DNA of 62,944 bases, from positions 1 to 62,944 of the IMG/VR virus record IMGVR_UViG_3300025889_000118; one strand, given 5' to 3'. Each line of letters opens with the position of its first letter. The first letter of the stretch is position 1. Both the position numbers and the translations under genes were made by a program. Source of the stretch: a virus. Its lineage: Duplodnaviria > Caudoviricetes. The notes under the pieces were generated by a model. That model was given only the letters and a program-made list of their open reading frames with translations, made no database searches and was not told the origin of the DNA. Below, one piece after another: positions 34,838 through 46,200 of the stretch.

Positions 34838-35746
34838 ATGAATATAGATGAAAAATATGAAGCAAGATTGAAAACAATGAAAGAATATACATATGATTGG
34901 AAACCCGAAAATTATGATGACCCATCAAAACCTATTTTGAAGATTACAAAATCTTCAATGATGAGTTATCTTTGGTGTCCTAAAAAGTATGACTTTGCCT
35001 ATCCGCAAAGATTACCTCAAGACCAAACAGAAGCCATGCGTAAAGGAACTATTCTACATAATCATAGAGAGAATTTCTTTAAGGATTTTGAGATACAAAA
35101 GGCAAGAAAAATGAATAATTCAGAAATTATGGAATACTGCACATCATTGATGCCAGTAGATGAATACTTTGATGTTTCATTAAATGTCGCTGCTTTTGAG
35201 GCTCAAAGGTTTATTGAATCAGTATCAGAAGATAAAGTTGAAGAATACCTACCAATAATTAATGAAGAACTTTTTGATTGTGAATTTACAGTTAGGGCAG
35301 ATACTAACCCCAAGTATAAACTCTCAAGGGATTATGTAGTTCATCTTCAAGGAATTATTGATAGGGTGTTTATTGAGAATGGTGGTTTAATTCCATTTGA
35401 GTATAAAACAGGTGGATGGAAAGATAGTAAGAAAAGCGATATGAGGAAAGAAATGGCTTTCTATCAACTTATGATTGAAAACTCTCCCGAAGAAGTTTTA
35501 GAAAAACATGGCCTAACTAAAGATATGAAAGTCACCCATTGGGGTTGGTATTATCCTGCTTCTAACTATGTTTATGCAGAAAAAGTAAAGCAAGCCTCAA
35601 TGACTTCTGTTCTCAAAACTATTGCTAAAATGATATGGTCTTATGAAAACGAACAGTTTCCAGTTTCGTTTTTCTTTAAGACCTGTTCTCAATACTGTTC
35701 TTATTTTGGTATTTGTGAAGGGGCTCAAGAAGATAGTTGGTTGTGA
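34838..35746 (+). CDS. Cas4/AddB-like PD-(D/E)xK exonuclease
   Basis: WCPKKY, KGTILH, GIIDR, EYKTG; C-terminal CxxxCxYxxxC. Confidence 0.85.
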   Translation: MNIDEKYEARLKTMKEYTYDWKPENYDDPSKPILKITKSSMMSYLWCPKKYDFAYPQRLPQDQTEAMRKGTILHNHRENFFKDFEIQKARKMNNSEIMEYCTSLMPVDEYFDVSLNVAAFEAQRFIESVSEDKVEEYLPIINEELFDCEFTVRADTNPKYKLSRDYVVHLQGIIDRVFIENGGLIPFEYKTGGWKDSKKSDMRKEMAFYQLMIENSPEEVLEKHGLTKDMKVTHWGWYYPASNYVYAEKVKQASMTSVLKTIAKMIWSYENEQFPVSFFFKTCSQYCSYFGICEGAQEDSWL

Positions 35747-35751
35747 TATAT

Positions 35752-36018
35752 ATGATACAATGGATGATTAGAAAAACAATAAAAGTAATGGGAACTGTAT
35801 ATGTAATTTTAGATAAATTTCTAAAACACGAAACGGGAGATATATTAGGAACGCCTATTGATGATGATTTTGAATCTATGTCAAGAAAAGAACTATGCAG
35901 ATATATTGAACATAAATTTGGTTGGGAAGATGATGCTTTTTGGAATTTAGAATCCACACAAAAGATTCGGCTTTGTTGTCAAATTGCAAGAAATAATAAA
36001 TTTAAGGTGAAGAAATGA
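35752..36018 (+). CDS. Hypothetical protein
   Basis: ORF within the operon. Confidence 0.6.
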   Translation: MIQWMIRKTIKVMGTVYVILDKFLKHETGDILGTPIDDDFESMSRKELCRYIEHKFGWEDDAFWNLESTQKIRLCCQIARNNKFKVKK

Positions 36019-36386
36019 AAGAAGATATTGAACAAAAAGTTAGAAGTAGAGAATGGACTTTCAATGAAATTTCTAATCTAAAATCTACAATAGAAACTCT
36101 ATCAAATGACCTATTTATAGAAATGGATTTTATGAGTAGGTTTCAATTAGTCCGAGAAGTGAAGATAAACGAATCTCATATTGGTAGGGCTTTTGAAGAT
36201 ATTATGAGAGAAATTGCTATGATACAAATACAATCAGATGTTGCTGGAACTATTAAAAATATGTTAGGTAATGCTACAATTAATTTTGGAGGTAATAAAA
36301 ATGAAGTTTCCGAGAGAAGTATGGGCGGGGAGTCACATCAAGAACGCTCCACAGATGAGAAGGAAGATAGTGTTCACGAAGAATGA
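36015..36386 (+). CDS. Hypothetical protein
   Basis: AGGTGA RBS; overlaps the primase start. Confidence 0.65.
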   Translation: MKEDIEQKVRSREWTFNEISNLKSTIETLSNDLFIEMDFMSRFQLVREVKINESHIGRAFEDIMREIAMIQIQSDVAGTIKNMLGNATINFGGNKNEVSERSMGGESHQERSTDEKEDSVHEE

Positions 36387-37341
36387 ATATATTGATTTTG
36401 TAAATGCTCAAAACAATAAAACTAATGTATATACAACGGTTTATGATTTTGGTCAATTTAGTGAAAATGCTAAAATTGATTCTACTGTAATAATAGATAG
36501 AATCTTTTTAGACTTTGATGCCCACGAAGAAGATTTAGATAAAGCATGGCGTGATGTTAAAACAGTAATGAATTATGTAATTGAAAAAGATTACCAATAC
36601 ACTCTTTTCTTTTCTGGAAGAGGATTCCATTTATTTTTATTCGGAGAAAAAACAGATAATATGAGAAATGTTCAAACGCTCTTTAGAGAAATTAAAGAGT
36701 ATTTGATTTTAAAAGTAGGTAAAGATATAACTCTTGATGAAAGAGTAGGCCAAACAACCCGATTACGAAGAGTTCCCAATACTGTTAATATGTCGTCTTC
36801 TGATGGAAGAGGAAATGCTCGGTTTTGTATTCCTTTATTGGTTTCAGACCTTAATCTTACGATTGAGCAAATACTCACATTAGCAGAAAAGCCCCGCCAA
36901 ATACCCTTTCAAAAGGGAGGAAAAAGAAAGGTAATATTTCCCGAAGCACCCCCTATACAAGAAGTAGAGGGAGAAGTTTCTGTTCCCGACACCATAGGTA
37001 GCCTCCCTATGCTTCCCTGCTTACACAATGCTATCATGACCGAAAATCCTTCACATTTAGCAAGAGCATATCTTGTATCTTGGTATCGGGATTTGATTTC
37101 GGGCTATCAAGATTTAGCCACTTTAGAAGAAAAGTCAAAAACACTTGACTTAGTGGTAGAAGAGTTAGAGAGGGTCTTTGCTGAATCCGACACCGTTTGG
37201 TTAGATTGGGATAAGAACACAACTAAGAAACACGCCAAATTTACAGTGTATAATAATTATAATACGCCCCATTGTGACAAATTAATCAGTGAAGGATTTT
37301 GTATAGGAAAATGTTGGAGGTATCACAATGCTAATAATTGA
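36301..37341 (+). CDS. Archaeo-eukaryotic primase: PriS catalytic domain fused to a PriL-CTD-like domain
   Basis: FLDFD, FSGRGFH, RLRRVPNT; C-terminal LPC...PHC...FC...C. Confidence 0.85.
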   Translation: MKFPREVWAGSHIKNAPQMRRKIVFTKNEYIDFVNAQNNKTNVYTTVYDFGQFSENAKIDSTVIIDRIFLDFDAHEEDLDKAWRDVKTVMNYVIEKDYQYTLFFSGRGFHLFLFGEKTDNMRNVQTLFREIKEYLILKVGKDITLDERVGQTTRLRRVPNTVNMSSSDGRGNARFCIPLLVSDLNLTIEQILTLAEKPRQIPFQKGGKRKVIFPEAPPIQEVEGEVSVPDTIGSLPMLPCLHNAIMTENPSHLARAYLVSWYRDLISGYQDLATLEEKSKTLDLVVEELERVFAESDTVWLDWDKNTTKKHAKFTVYNNYNTPHCDKLISEGFCIGKCWRYHNANN

Positions 37342-38017
37342 TTCAAGAGAAAACTCTAAACTTTCTGAATTAGTAGAAAAGAAAGCCAAAGCACTGAATA
37401 TCTCTTGTGAAAAAAGATGGATAGAGATAGGAGATTATGTATTTGATGATGTTTGTTTTGAAGCAAAATCTTCTATTGATTTTTTAGGGTCTGTTATGTC
37501 TAAAAGACTTTGGACTCAATTAGACAATATGGATAGGCATTATCAAACAAATGTAGTTATTATTTATGGTTCTTTAGATGAAGCAATACTTAGTATCATT
37601 GAGAATTCAAAAAGCAAATTACAACCACATAGCAGAAAAATTATGCTAAATAACAAATTCTTGGGAGCAATCGGTAGAATTATTTTAGATACCGATATAA
37701 AACCCATATGGGTTAGTAGTGAAGAAGAAGCATCAGCAATTATTACTGGTGTTTCTAAAATGAAGCCCATAGAAAGAAAAACAATTCGCCCACAAGTATT
37801 CAAAAGAATATCAACGGATGATTTGAGAATTGATGTTTTAACAAGCATCAAAGGAGTTTCCATTAAGAAAGCAGAAGACTTGATTAAGGAGTTTGGCTCG
37901 GTTATGGAAATAGGCGAATGCTCGGAGTATCAACTCCAAGTGATTGAGGGGATTGGAGATACCCTTGCCAAAAGAATACTCTCCACATTAAACTCGGAAG
38001 AGAAGGTGAAAATATGA
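37328..38017 (+). CDS. ERCC4/XPF-family nuclease with HhH motifs
   Basis: IDSRE, IGDY, FEAKS..DF; IKGVS and IEGIG HhH. Confidence 0.9.
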   Translation: MLIIDSRENSKLSELVEKKAKALNISCEKRWIEIGDYVFDDVCFEAKSSIDFLGSVMSKRLWTQLDNMDRHYQTNVVIIYGSLDEAILSIIENSKSKLQPHSRKIMLNNKFLGAIGRIILDTDIKPIWVSSEEEASAIITGVSKMKPIERKTIRPQVFKRISTDDLRIDVLTSIKGVSIKKAEDLIKEFGSVMEIGECSEYQLQVIEGIGDTLAKRILSTLNSEEKVKI

Positions 38018-39486
38018 ATGAAAATTATGATGAAGAATATGAGGATTATTCCTTTGAAGAAGATGCAAAAGCAGTTAGACAAGCCCTACCATTCGTGGTA
38101 AGAGAATTTGAAAAGTCGGCATTAGAAGTGTCACATAGGAATGGTATTCCTGCTTCTATTGCTTACTTTGTTCTCTTAGGACAGGTTTGTAAAGACTTTA
38201 TTAGAATCCCAAATGGGAGAAATATCGAAGATAGTAGAATTCATTTCTGTTGGGTTCAAACAAGCGGAACAGGTAAATCTACCCTATGGAACTTTGTTGG
38301 TAGAGTAGCAGATAAAACCTTTAAACAGATAAACGAAATGAATCAGCACCCTCCTTTTATCAATAGAGATAACATTCCAATCACTCGGACTTTCAACACC
38401 TTTTCGGTCACTGATTATACTGATTCGGTATTGATTGGTAAATATGTAAAAGAAGCAAATGAAGATGCCGATGATGGATTTGAATGGCGAAGAAGGGCAG
38501 GTATTCTTGAAGGAAGCGGTTTAGCCCATTGGGATGAGTTTGAATATTCGGGGGTGTTTAAGCAATCTCAACACAAAGAGCAAAGTATTGTTTATCTAAA
38601 TACTCTTATGAATTCATTGGCAGGTGAGTCTTGGATTATCTCTAAGGCTCTTGATTCAATGGATGGTCAAACTATGGAATGTTATTGTGAGCGTTCAGTA
38701 TTGGCTATGACTTATCCACCTAATAATTTGAACAATGTTATGGCAGAAAAGGGTGTTCTACAAAGAATGCTTCTGTATGTTTGGGAAGTTCCTCAATATA
38801 TTCAAGATGAAATGAGGTTAGAGCAAATTGGCAAAGCAGGTATCGTAGAAGAAGTAAATGCCCCAATTGATAAGTTTGCTACCTCTCTCGTTAAGATTTA
38901 CAGTCTTGTAAAAGAAAGATATGATGCAGTAGGGCAAGACCCATTGAAAACTATTCGATATAGTGAAGACTTTAGACAGGCTCTAAAATTAGAATACACT
39001 AAAATGAATATGTATCTACAAAACACAAGACCCGATGTTGCTAAGATATGTTCTAACTTTACCACTCGGTTGATGAAGATATTGATTAAAATGTCAGTAT
39101 TGTGTTCAGTTGCTTCTGCTCCATCAATTACTAACGAAGATGACCGATTTATCGTAACAGGCTCTCATGTAGGTCAGTCAGCAGTAATTGTGCAACAATG
39201 TTATAAGACATTGGTTATGTGGTTAGAACAATCCCTAAAGGCGAAGCGTCAAAGTTTGTCGGAAAATTCATTAGAACCACTATTTATATCAGCATATGAC
39301 AGAATCAAAAAAGATGAAAAGGGATATGTAAATAAATCACTATATCTTAACGAAATTAGAACTAAAGCAAAAAAGTCAAGAGCCCAAGTTTATAGACACT
39401 ATGATATGATTAGACACAAGTTTGAGGAGTTAAAAGAAGGTAGAAGCACCTATGTTAAATTAATAATGCGAGGCGATGAAGAATGA
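38014..39486 (+). CDS. MCM-like AAA+ ATPase (putative replicative helicase)
   Basis: SGTGKST, GILEGSGLAHWDEF, LQRM, TTRL. Confidence 0.7.
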   Translation: MNENYDEEYEDYSFEEDAKAVRQALPFVVREFEKSALEVSHRNGIPASIAYFVLLGQVCKDFIRIPNGRNIEDSRIHFCWVQTSGTGKSTLWNFVGRVADKTFKQINEMNQHPPFINRDNIPITRTFNTFSVTDYTDSVLIGKYVKEANEDADDGFEWRRRAGILEGSGLAHWDEFEYSGVFKQSQHKEQSIVYLNTLMNSLAGESWIISKALDSMDGQTMECYCERSVLAMTYPPNNLNNVMAEKGVLQRMLLYVWEVPQYIQDEMRLEQIGKAGIVEEVNAPIDKFATSLVKIYSLVKERYDAVGQDPLKTIRYSEDFRQALKLEYTKMNMYLQNTRPDVAKICSNFTTRLMKILIKMSVLCSVASAPSITNEDDRFIVTGSHVGQSAVIVQQCYKTLVMWLEQSLKAKRQSLSENSLEPLFISAYDRIKKDEKGYVNKSLYLNEIRTKAKKSRAQVYRHYDMIRHKFEELKEGRSTYVKLIMRGDEE

Positions 39487-39707
39487 AATGGGAAAATACA
39501 TACTTAGTATTTGATGTGCAAAAAGGGCCAAAAGTAATTATAGAAACATTAGACACCTATGGAAATGATGGTTGGGAATGTTGTTCTATGCTTATTGTAG
39601 CAGGAACTCAAATTGTTGCTTTCTTAAAGAGAGCAGTTGATGTTCCTGTTAAAGCCAATAAGGAAGAAGAAAAGATTACTAAACTTTGGTCAAACGAAAA
39701 GGAATGA
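39483..39707 (+). CDS. DUF4177-like protein
   Basis: MKWE...LDTYGNDGWE...FLKR. Confidence 0.7.
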   Translation: MKWENTYLVFDVQKGPKVIIETLDTYGNDGWECCSMLIVAGTQIVAFLKRAVDVPVKANKEEEKITKLWSNEKE

Positions 39708-39712
39708 TATTC

Positions 39713-40309
39713 ATGTCTAATGTTTTAGCGTTAGACATAGAAACCAAAAATATGTCTTATGAAATAGGCGGTTTCTCTAATACTCATATGTTTCAAGTTT
39801 CTACTGTTGCTACATGGGATGGAGATATTGGAACTGTTTATTTAGACGAAGGTTTAGATAGTATCAACAAATCTAACTTAATTGTAAAATCTCTTAGAGA
39901 ACTTAAATATGATTTAGATGAACATTTTGAAAAAGGTGGCGTTTTATTAGGCCATAACATAGTTGCTTTTGATTTACCCATTTTAAGAGATTCATTAGAT
40001 ATTTACTGTATTAGAAAGTATTTGGATGAAAAGAAATATATTGATACATCTAAAGTTTTATTAAAAGAACATGGAGAAAGATTTCAATTAAAGAATTTAG
40101 TCAAATGCACAATGCAAGATGCTAAACTAATGGATAGTGCTGATGCTCCTAAACTTTGGAAAATGGGAAGATATAATGAAGTGGTGGATTATTGTATGAA
40201 AGATACACAATTAGTTTATGACCTTTGGAAATATGGTCAAGATAATGGAATTGTAAAAGCATTTTCAATAGAAGAAGAAATAGAAAAGAATTTGGAGGTA
40301 GATTGGTAA
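39713..40309 (+). CDS. DEDD/DnaQ-like 3'-5' exonuclease
   Basis: ALDIET, GHNIVAFDLP, YCMKDT. Confidence 0.85.
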   Translation: MSNVLALDIETKNMSYEIGGFSNTHMFQVSTVATWDGDIGTVYLDEGLDSINKSNLIVKSLRELKYDLDEHFEKGGVLLGHNIVAFDLPILRDSLDIYCIRKYLDEKKYIDTSKVLLKEHGERFQLKNLVKCTMQDAKLMDSADAPKLWKMGRYNEVVDYCMKDTQLVYDLWKYGQDNGIVKAFSIEEEIEKNLEVDW

Positions 40310-40455
40310 TGACTGGTTGGGAATGGTTCGGCTTGTTTGTTTTTATCGTCATCTTGATGCTTCTATTTTTTGCCGCTTTTGGAGGAACTTCGGTGACTGA
40401 TGAAAGCGTAGAAGAATACATGAAGCGTTTGATGAGTGAAAAAGGCGGAAAGTAA
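40309..40455 (+). CDS. Small membrane protein
   Basis: MTGWEWFGLFVFIVILMLLFFAAF; translated by hand. Confidence 0.6.
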   Translation: MTGWEWFGLFVFIVILMLLFFAAFGGTSVTDESVEEYMKRLMSEKGGK

Positions 40456-40601
40456 TGCTAAAACAAGTTTGTCCGTATTGTAAAGAACAAACAATAGCCA
40501 AAAGAATACTTGGCTTTTATGTTGGTTCTAAAGAACAGATTAAACTTTGGGAATGTAGAAACTGCTTAGGTGTTTGGTCATTAAAGGGGGAGAAGGTGTA
40601 A
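40455..40601 (+). CDS. Zn-ribbon micro-protein
   Basis: CPYC...WECRNC..VW. Confidence 0.6.
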   Translation: MLKQVCPYCKEQTIAKRILGFYVGSKEQIKLWECRNCLGVWSLKGEKV

Positions 40602-40625
40602 AAGCCTTCTCCCTCGATTTTTTTT
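40586..40625 (+). terminator. Terminator where the two gene arms converge
   Basis: gggagaagg/ccttctccc hairpin followed by a T8 tract. Confidence 0.75.
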
Positions 40626-40676
40626 ACGCTTTTTGAAAATAGCGTCAATTTTGAAATTTGTTCGGCAATAACCACA

Positions 40677-42902
40677 TCAATTTCCTATAATATACCATCC
40701 AGTAACTAAAGGAGCAACGCTATCTGTCATGGCTTGTATAGTAATATGTTGTCCTACTGCTAAATCTATTTGATTAGGAATATTAACATAAGCATGGTCT
40801 AATAGTGCTTCGTCAATTGGTTGGCCTAATGTTGGAACTATGGTTATAGCATTTGGCCCTAAATTCCTAAATGTAAATATATTTTGACTAACTATGGAAG
40901 CATCAGGTAAATCTATTTGATTAGGAGTAGGTGCGGTGCTAATATCTTTTACATAAATTACACTTTGTAATCCCGACATAATAGGAGCAGTTGTTATATC
41001 TAATGCTTCGGGAGTAATAGCAAATAAGCCGTTAGATTGAACTTGTGTAGTTCCAGTCACTACTGTTCCTGCCGTCATAGAAGTTCCTGCCGTCATAGAA
41101 GTTCCAGAATTAATTGTCGTAGAAGCCCCAATACTTCCAGTTACATCTAATGTAGCAGAAGGAGAAGCATTAGCAATACCTATGGCATTAAGACCAGCAT
41201 CAACAAAGAGCATATTTTCATTACCATTACTTTCAACTCTAAAATTACTATCTATGCTATCTTCATTAATTACTACTTCATTTTTAGTAATATCTATTCT
41301 TCTTGTAATGTCTCCACTATGAATGGTTCTTAAGAAAATTTCACCACTTTCACTACCCGCAGTATTATCATTAATACCTGCATATAAGTCAGCATATTCT
41401 TGTTCAGCCGCCCCACTATCTAATCCTAAAAATCTTATATTTCCTAATTCTTCTGATGCAACACTTGTATTTCTTTTTAATACTAAATCAGGTGCTAAAC
41501 CTCCCCCACCTGTATCAGTTGATTCTATAATTACCGCATCTCCTGTGCCACTTGTTTCAACATGAAGTGGTGCATCGGGTGAAGTAGTCCCAATGCCGAC
41601 TTTACCATCCATTGTCATCATGTGAGCCGTTCCGTCTTTATCCGAATATACATTAAAAACATCTGTGTTAGTTCCGACTTGTTTAACTCTAAAATTACCA
41701 TCAATTCCACTTCTTGATTCTCTAAAGATTCTAACCTCTTGTGAAGTTCCCGTTGAAGGATTACACTTTGGATTTATGTCAAGTATAACACCTTCCGAAG
41801 CAGTTTCATTAACTACTTCTATTCTTGCTTGAGAATCAACAACCGAACTATATGTAGTATAACCCGTCTGTCCTGTTTCCTGTAATCTTAATGTTGGGTT
41901 AGCCGAGCCTTCAATATGTAATTCGGAGAGAGGCGTAGCAGTTCCAATACCCACATTACCACCATCAGTTATTCTCATTCTTTCTGCCAAAGTTCCAGCA
42001 TCAGCCGTTGATATTACTAAACTCCCGTCATCAACACCTGTTGCCTCATTAACTGCACTTATTCTTGCCCCCACATATGAAGTAGGGCCGTGAGAATCAT
42101 AGTTCTTCAAATCTATTCTAGCGTAATCAGTTCCCGTTGTATTTCTAGCACCCTCAATACTTAGTGTTCTAGTTTGACCTAAGTCAACACTTCTTGATAT
42201 TGTGGTATCTCCGCTAACTTCTAATTTGGTGGCGGGTGCATCAGTTCCAATTCCAACTCTTGCTACATCACTATCAATCCTCATTACTTCTGTTGTGCTA
42301 CCACCATCATTTACTTTGAAAATAATATCTTTATCTTGTTCTTTTGCTTCTATTTCCACATCACCAGCATTACTTTTAACAGTTAATCCTTCGGTATATC
42401 CCGAATCATCTCTACCAATGCTTAATGAATTTTCTGTTTTATTTACAGTTAAATATTGAACTTGTAGAGGGTCATTTCCAGTATAAACAACTATCGCTAT
42501 AATTACATCTCCATCAGTATAGGCAGGAACTCTATCTGCTGCGGTTGGTGGCCTTACTGAAAGAGTAGTAGTTCCAGTAGCATTTACGACTAAATGGTAG
42601 CCATCTGTATAAGATTTCGTAGTTCCTGCGGTTGTTCCAATGACTATTGTAGAACCTGTGACATCTATTTTTTCTCCATCTCTAAACACTACTCCATCTG
42701 CAAAAGTTATATCATCATCAGTTGTATTAGTCACATTAAATCCTGTTGTAGCGTAGTTTCCTTTCATACCAAGACTTAATGCCTTAATTAATCCAGTATG
42801 GGGATAATCGCTATTATCTGTTATCTGATTAGGTGAAATAGCAGGATTTTCGGGCTCGTCTTGAGTAGAGAAAGCATTTGGGTTATTTAGCGATTTAGTC
42901 AT
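40677..42902 (-). CDS. Tail fiber / receptor-binding protein
   Basis: Repeated VGIGTxxP modules; G/T/S rich; end of the tail operon. Confidence 0.8.
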   Translation of the reverse strand: MTKSLNNPNAFSTQDEPENPAISPNQITDNSDYPHTGLIKALSLGMKGNYATTGFNVTNTTDDDITFADGVVFRDGEKIDVTGSTIVIGTTAGTTKSYTDGYHLVVNATGTTTLSVRPPTAADRVPAYTDGDVIIAIVVYTGNDPLQVQYLTVNKTENSLSIGRDDSGYTEGLTVKSNAGDVEIEAKEQDKDIIFKVNDGGSTTEVMRIDSDVARVGIGTDAPATKLEVSGDTTISRSVDLGQTRTLSIEGARNTTGTDYARIDLKNYDSHGPTSYVGARISAVNEATGVDDGSLVISTADAGTLAERMRITDGGNVGIGTATPLSELHIEGSANPTLRLQETGQTGYTTYSSVVDSQARIEVVNETASEGVILDINPKCNPSTGTSQEVRIFRESRSGIDGNFRVKQVGTNTDVFNVYSDKDGTAHMMTMDGKVGIGTTSPDAPLHVETSGTGDAVIIESTDTGGGGLAPDLVLKRNTSVASEELGNIRFLGLDSGAAEQEYADLYAGINDNTAGSESGEIFLRTIHSGDITRRIDITKNEVVINEDSIDSNFRVESNGNENMLFVDAGLNAIGIANASPSATLDVTGSIGASTTINSGTSMTAGTSMTAGTVVTGTTQVQSNGLFAITPEALDITTAPIMSGLQSVIYVKDISTAPTPNQIDLPDASIVSQNIFTFRNLGPNAITIVPTLGQPIDEALLDHAYVNIPNQIDLAVGQHITIQAMTDSVAPLVTGWYIIGN
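41065..41100. repeat. Exact 18-bp tandem duplication (SMTAGT x2)
   Basis: gttcctgccgtcatagaa twice. Confidence 0.9.
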
Positions 42903-42903
42903 A

Positions 42904-43281
42904 TTATTCTACCTCCAATGTTAAGTAAATTTGTAGCGTTTCTGTTGATGAAAATGGGCCAACTCCTGTAAAACTAATCCTATCTAACATATTTCCTGCA
43001 CTATCAAATATGCCCATTTCTCTAATAACTTGCCCTGTTATTGAACTTCCTACTTGTTCTACAAATACTTGAATTACATTTTCATTTGATTTTTCTGCTC
43101 GGATAGTTGGAGAAGCCCCGCTATCTACATCAATATCAAGTGCCATTGGACTTGTAGAATTACCACCCAAACCAATTTTTGCACTCCCCGCACTTATTGT
43201 TCCGCTTCCTCCAATACTGCCTCCGTTGATTAGGAGGGTTAGATAGTCTGCTAATTGTTTTCGTAGTTCATCAGTAATCAT
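42904..43281 (-). CDS. Tail fiber-associated / baseplate protein
   Basis: IGLG...IREMGIFDSAGNMLDR, typical of fiber N-terminal-like domains. Confidence 0.65.
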   Translation of the reverse strand: MITDELRKQLADYLTLLINGGSIGGSGTISAGSAKIGLGGNSTSPMALDIDVDSGASPTIRAEKSNENVIQVFVEQVGSSITGQVIREMGIFDSAGNMLDRISFTGVGPFSSTETLQIYLTLEVE

Positions 43282-46200
43282 AGTTCTTCCTCCAAGAGTT
43301 TAGTGATAGTGATGTTCCCACCAAATCCAAATGGGCTGGTGTTGGTATTTAACGGTGTTGAGAAACCAAGTAGAGCCCCAGTGCCTTCTCTTTTTCTTAT
43401 GAGCAAGTGCATTTCTTTTATTTTGAAATTATCAAAGAAATCAAAGGTGTTTTCGTTTTCGTTAAATTCTTTTTTACGGAGATAAGAATTAGTTTGGCTA
43501 TTAGAAATAAGAAGTTCTGAAAGAGCATCTTCTAAGCCTTTAATGTATTGGCCCAATTTCAATTCTATTGCCCCACTATAAGAATGACTCATTTCTAAAA
43601 CCAAGTAAGAATTTCTTTCTATCCCTGAAGCCTTCGATTCTAATTGAACTACATCTCCAACACTTAGCGTTTTAATTTCTGAATGGGCTAATTTAATATT
43701 TATTACGGTGTTGGCTTTAGTGTGTAAAACTAATAACCTATATGCTTCTTTATCTACATCTTCTTGAGTCGTTAATTTATTTTGAAAAACTTCTAAGGTC
43801 TTTTTTCCATTTGCTTTTATTTCTCTAAAGTTCTTTCTTACTGCTTTATGGCTTTGACCATAAACAGTCACATGATTAAAATAATCAAATTTAGACTTGG
43901 TTGTTTTTATTTCTGTAATATTGTCATCTGTAAAAGTATATTTAGAAATAAAATCAGTAGAATCATAATTTTGTATGTTAATATTTCCAGAAACATTTAC
44001 TAATTTTTTATCTTTTAGTCTTAACAAATAGTTAATTACATCAAATAAATTTCCTCCTTGAAAATCAGGAGCAGCGAAAATATTGTAATTTTCTTTTGTT
44101 AAAGTAAAATCAATATCATTTTCTATTAACAGTTCATTAACAGTTTCTTCTATTTCCTTTGTTATACTAACTGTTGTTCCAATAAGGGCTCTTTTTGCAT
44201 CGGGAGAAATCCCGCCATTTACTTCTAATTCAAATGTTTCTGAAAAAGAAACCACTCCATCTAATTTTTGCATTTCTCCAAATTCTAAGTAGTGTCCGAT
44301 ATTATCCTCATTATCTATTCCTTTTGCTGATGTAATCAAAACTGTTTCTCCATCAGATAGACAATATTCTCCATTAATTCCATTTAGAATAGTTTCTCTT
44401 CCAGTAGAAGTTTTTACAATAGTGTTTCCTTCTGCACTTAAATTATCCATATCTACTATAACATACATAGATTGCACCCCTTCTAAATTAGATAGGGTAT
44501 CTTGTGTTTCTGTTCTTTTGCCACTATTGAATGAAGGAAATGCCCCATACATATCATTAGAATCCATCAATTTAGTATATTCACTACTAAGAGTATTTAA
44601 GCGAATAGTAGTTGGGGAGTTATCCCAAAAACAAATAGGGTTAGGTTGCATAACTTTGTATGTGATATTAGCCAATTGTTCGTCTGTAATAAAATAACAC
44701 TTAGGATTTGTAGTAGTGACAGTCAAATCGTATTCATGAGAAACAATGTAAATGATTTCATTATCGTAAGGTGTCGCTTTATGAATACTTTCACTGGCAG
44801 TTGTCACATCGTTTTTATTGTAATATTTTCCTCTTTCTGCTGGAACTAAATAACACCCAGTTAAATCAATATTTTTTAAGAATTTATTATCTCCTATTAA
44901 ATCAAGAGAGTTATAATAAAGAGTGTTGTTATTTGTAGATTTAACTGTATTATTTGTGACCGAACTAAAAGTCACATGGGGTTTAAATCCTAAGTATGCC
45001 CCTACTGTTTTATCTTCATCTGTTGAATAAGTTTGTGAAGTATTAAAAGAAGGATAGGTTATGAAATTGCCATAATACGGCTCAGAAGAACCACTAAGAT
45101 TCATATATCTAAAAACATAGTTTAGAGAGGCATCTGTTAAAAATGGTGTTGTTGTTCCTTGAGATGAACTACCGCTTTCATTGGTGGTAAATTCTTTTAA
45201 AATAACAGTCTTAAGAGAGCCTATTTTTGTATCATTAGAAGAACTGCCTCCGCTATTAGAAGGCTCTAAATTCATGAAAAAATTAGCAAATTCTGTTTGA
45301 TAGTGTGTGAAGGGAGAAGTTGCAGCAACGCCCCAAGTATTACTACCGCCAGTAGAATAAAAATCACTAAATGTTAAAAGAGATTCTGTAATTGGGTCAA
45401 TAGAAGAATCTAAAAGATAATGTGATTGGAATTGGGTAAATGCTATTGGTAAAATTATAGTATTTTTACCGTAGTCTGTTCCTTTTTGCAAATTCTTGAA
45501 ATGTTGAGGTATGGTAGAAGGACTTCCCGAATCTATGTAGTAATTTTCCCACTTAGTAGGTGATGCTTGATTAGTCAAAAGCCCTTTTAGCATATGAATA
45601 TTATTTACTTCGGTATTTCCTCCTTCATCTAAAGTAAATAGCATTGTTTCTTCTACATCTCTACCAATTACACTTAATTTATTGCTAATTTCAGAATACT
45701 TGGCAAACCTAATGGTGTCTCCTGTGCCGTATTTTAACGCCCCGTTGTCTGTCAAGTATAGTGTATTAAAATTCAAAGTATCATTAGTTACATCTGTGGT
45801 AGATAGAGCCGTAACAACTCCAATAACTCTATTGTTATCTAAATCTAATATTACATCTTTAACTCCTACATTGTCAATAGTGCCGTTCATTTTTATTGTT
45901 GTAAGAGAAGGATAATTTACTACTGTTAAGTTAGTAGAACTACTATCTTGAACCAAGTAATTGTCAAAATAAGATAATTGAGAGGCTTCTATAACCCTAT
46001 CATTAGGGACATCGAATTCTGGATTTATTTGATTAAATGCCCAATCATATACTACATCTGTTAATCGCATAATTCCCATTCGTTTTAAATTAGAAAGAGT
46101 TTTATTGCTACTAAGAATATTAGAATGAATATAATCAGAATCTTTATTTGTTATTGTATTGGTATTCCCGATAGTTGCATCTTTTGTAGAACTTGTTGTT

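Noticed and set aside
37701-37714. 14-bp palindrome AACCCATATGGGTT resembling the array core
   Set aside because: The core differs (CCCATATGGG), it has no CAAAG/CTTTG arms, and it lies within the XPF coding sequence
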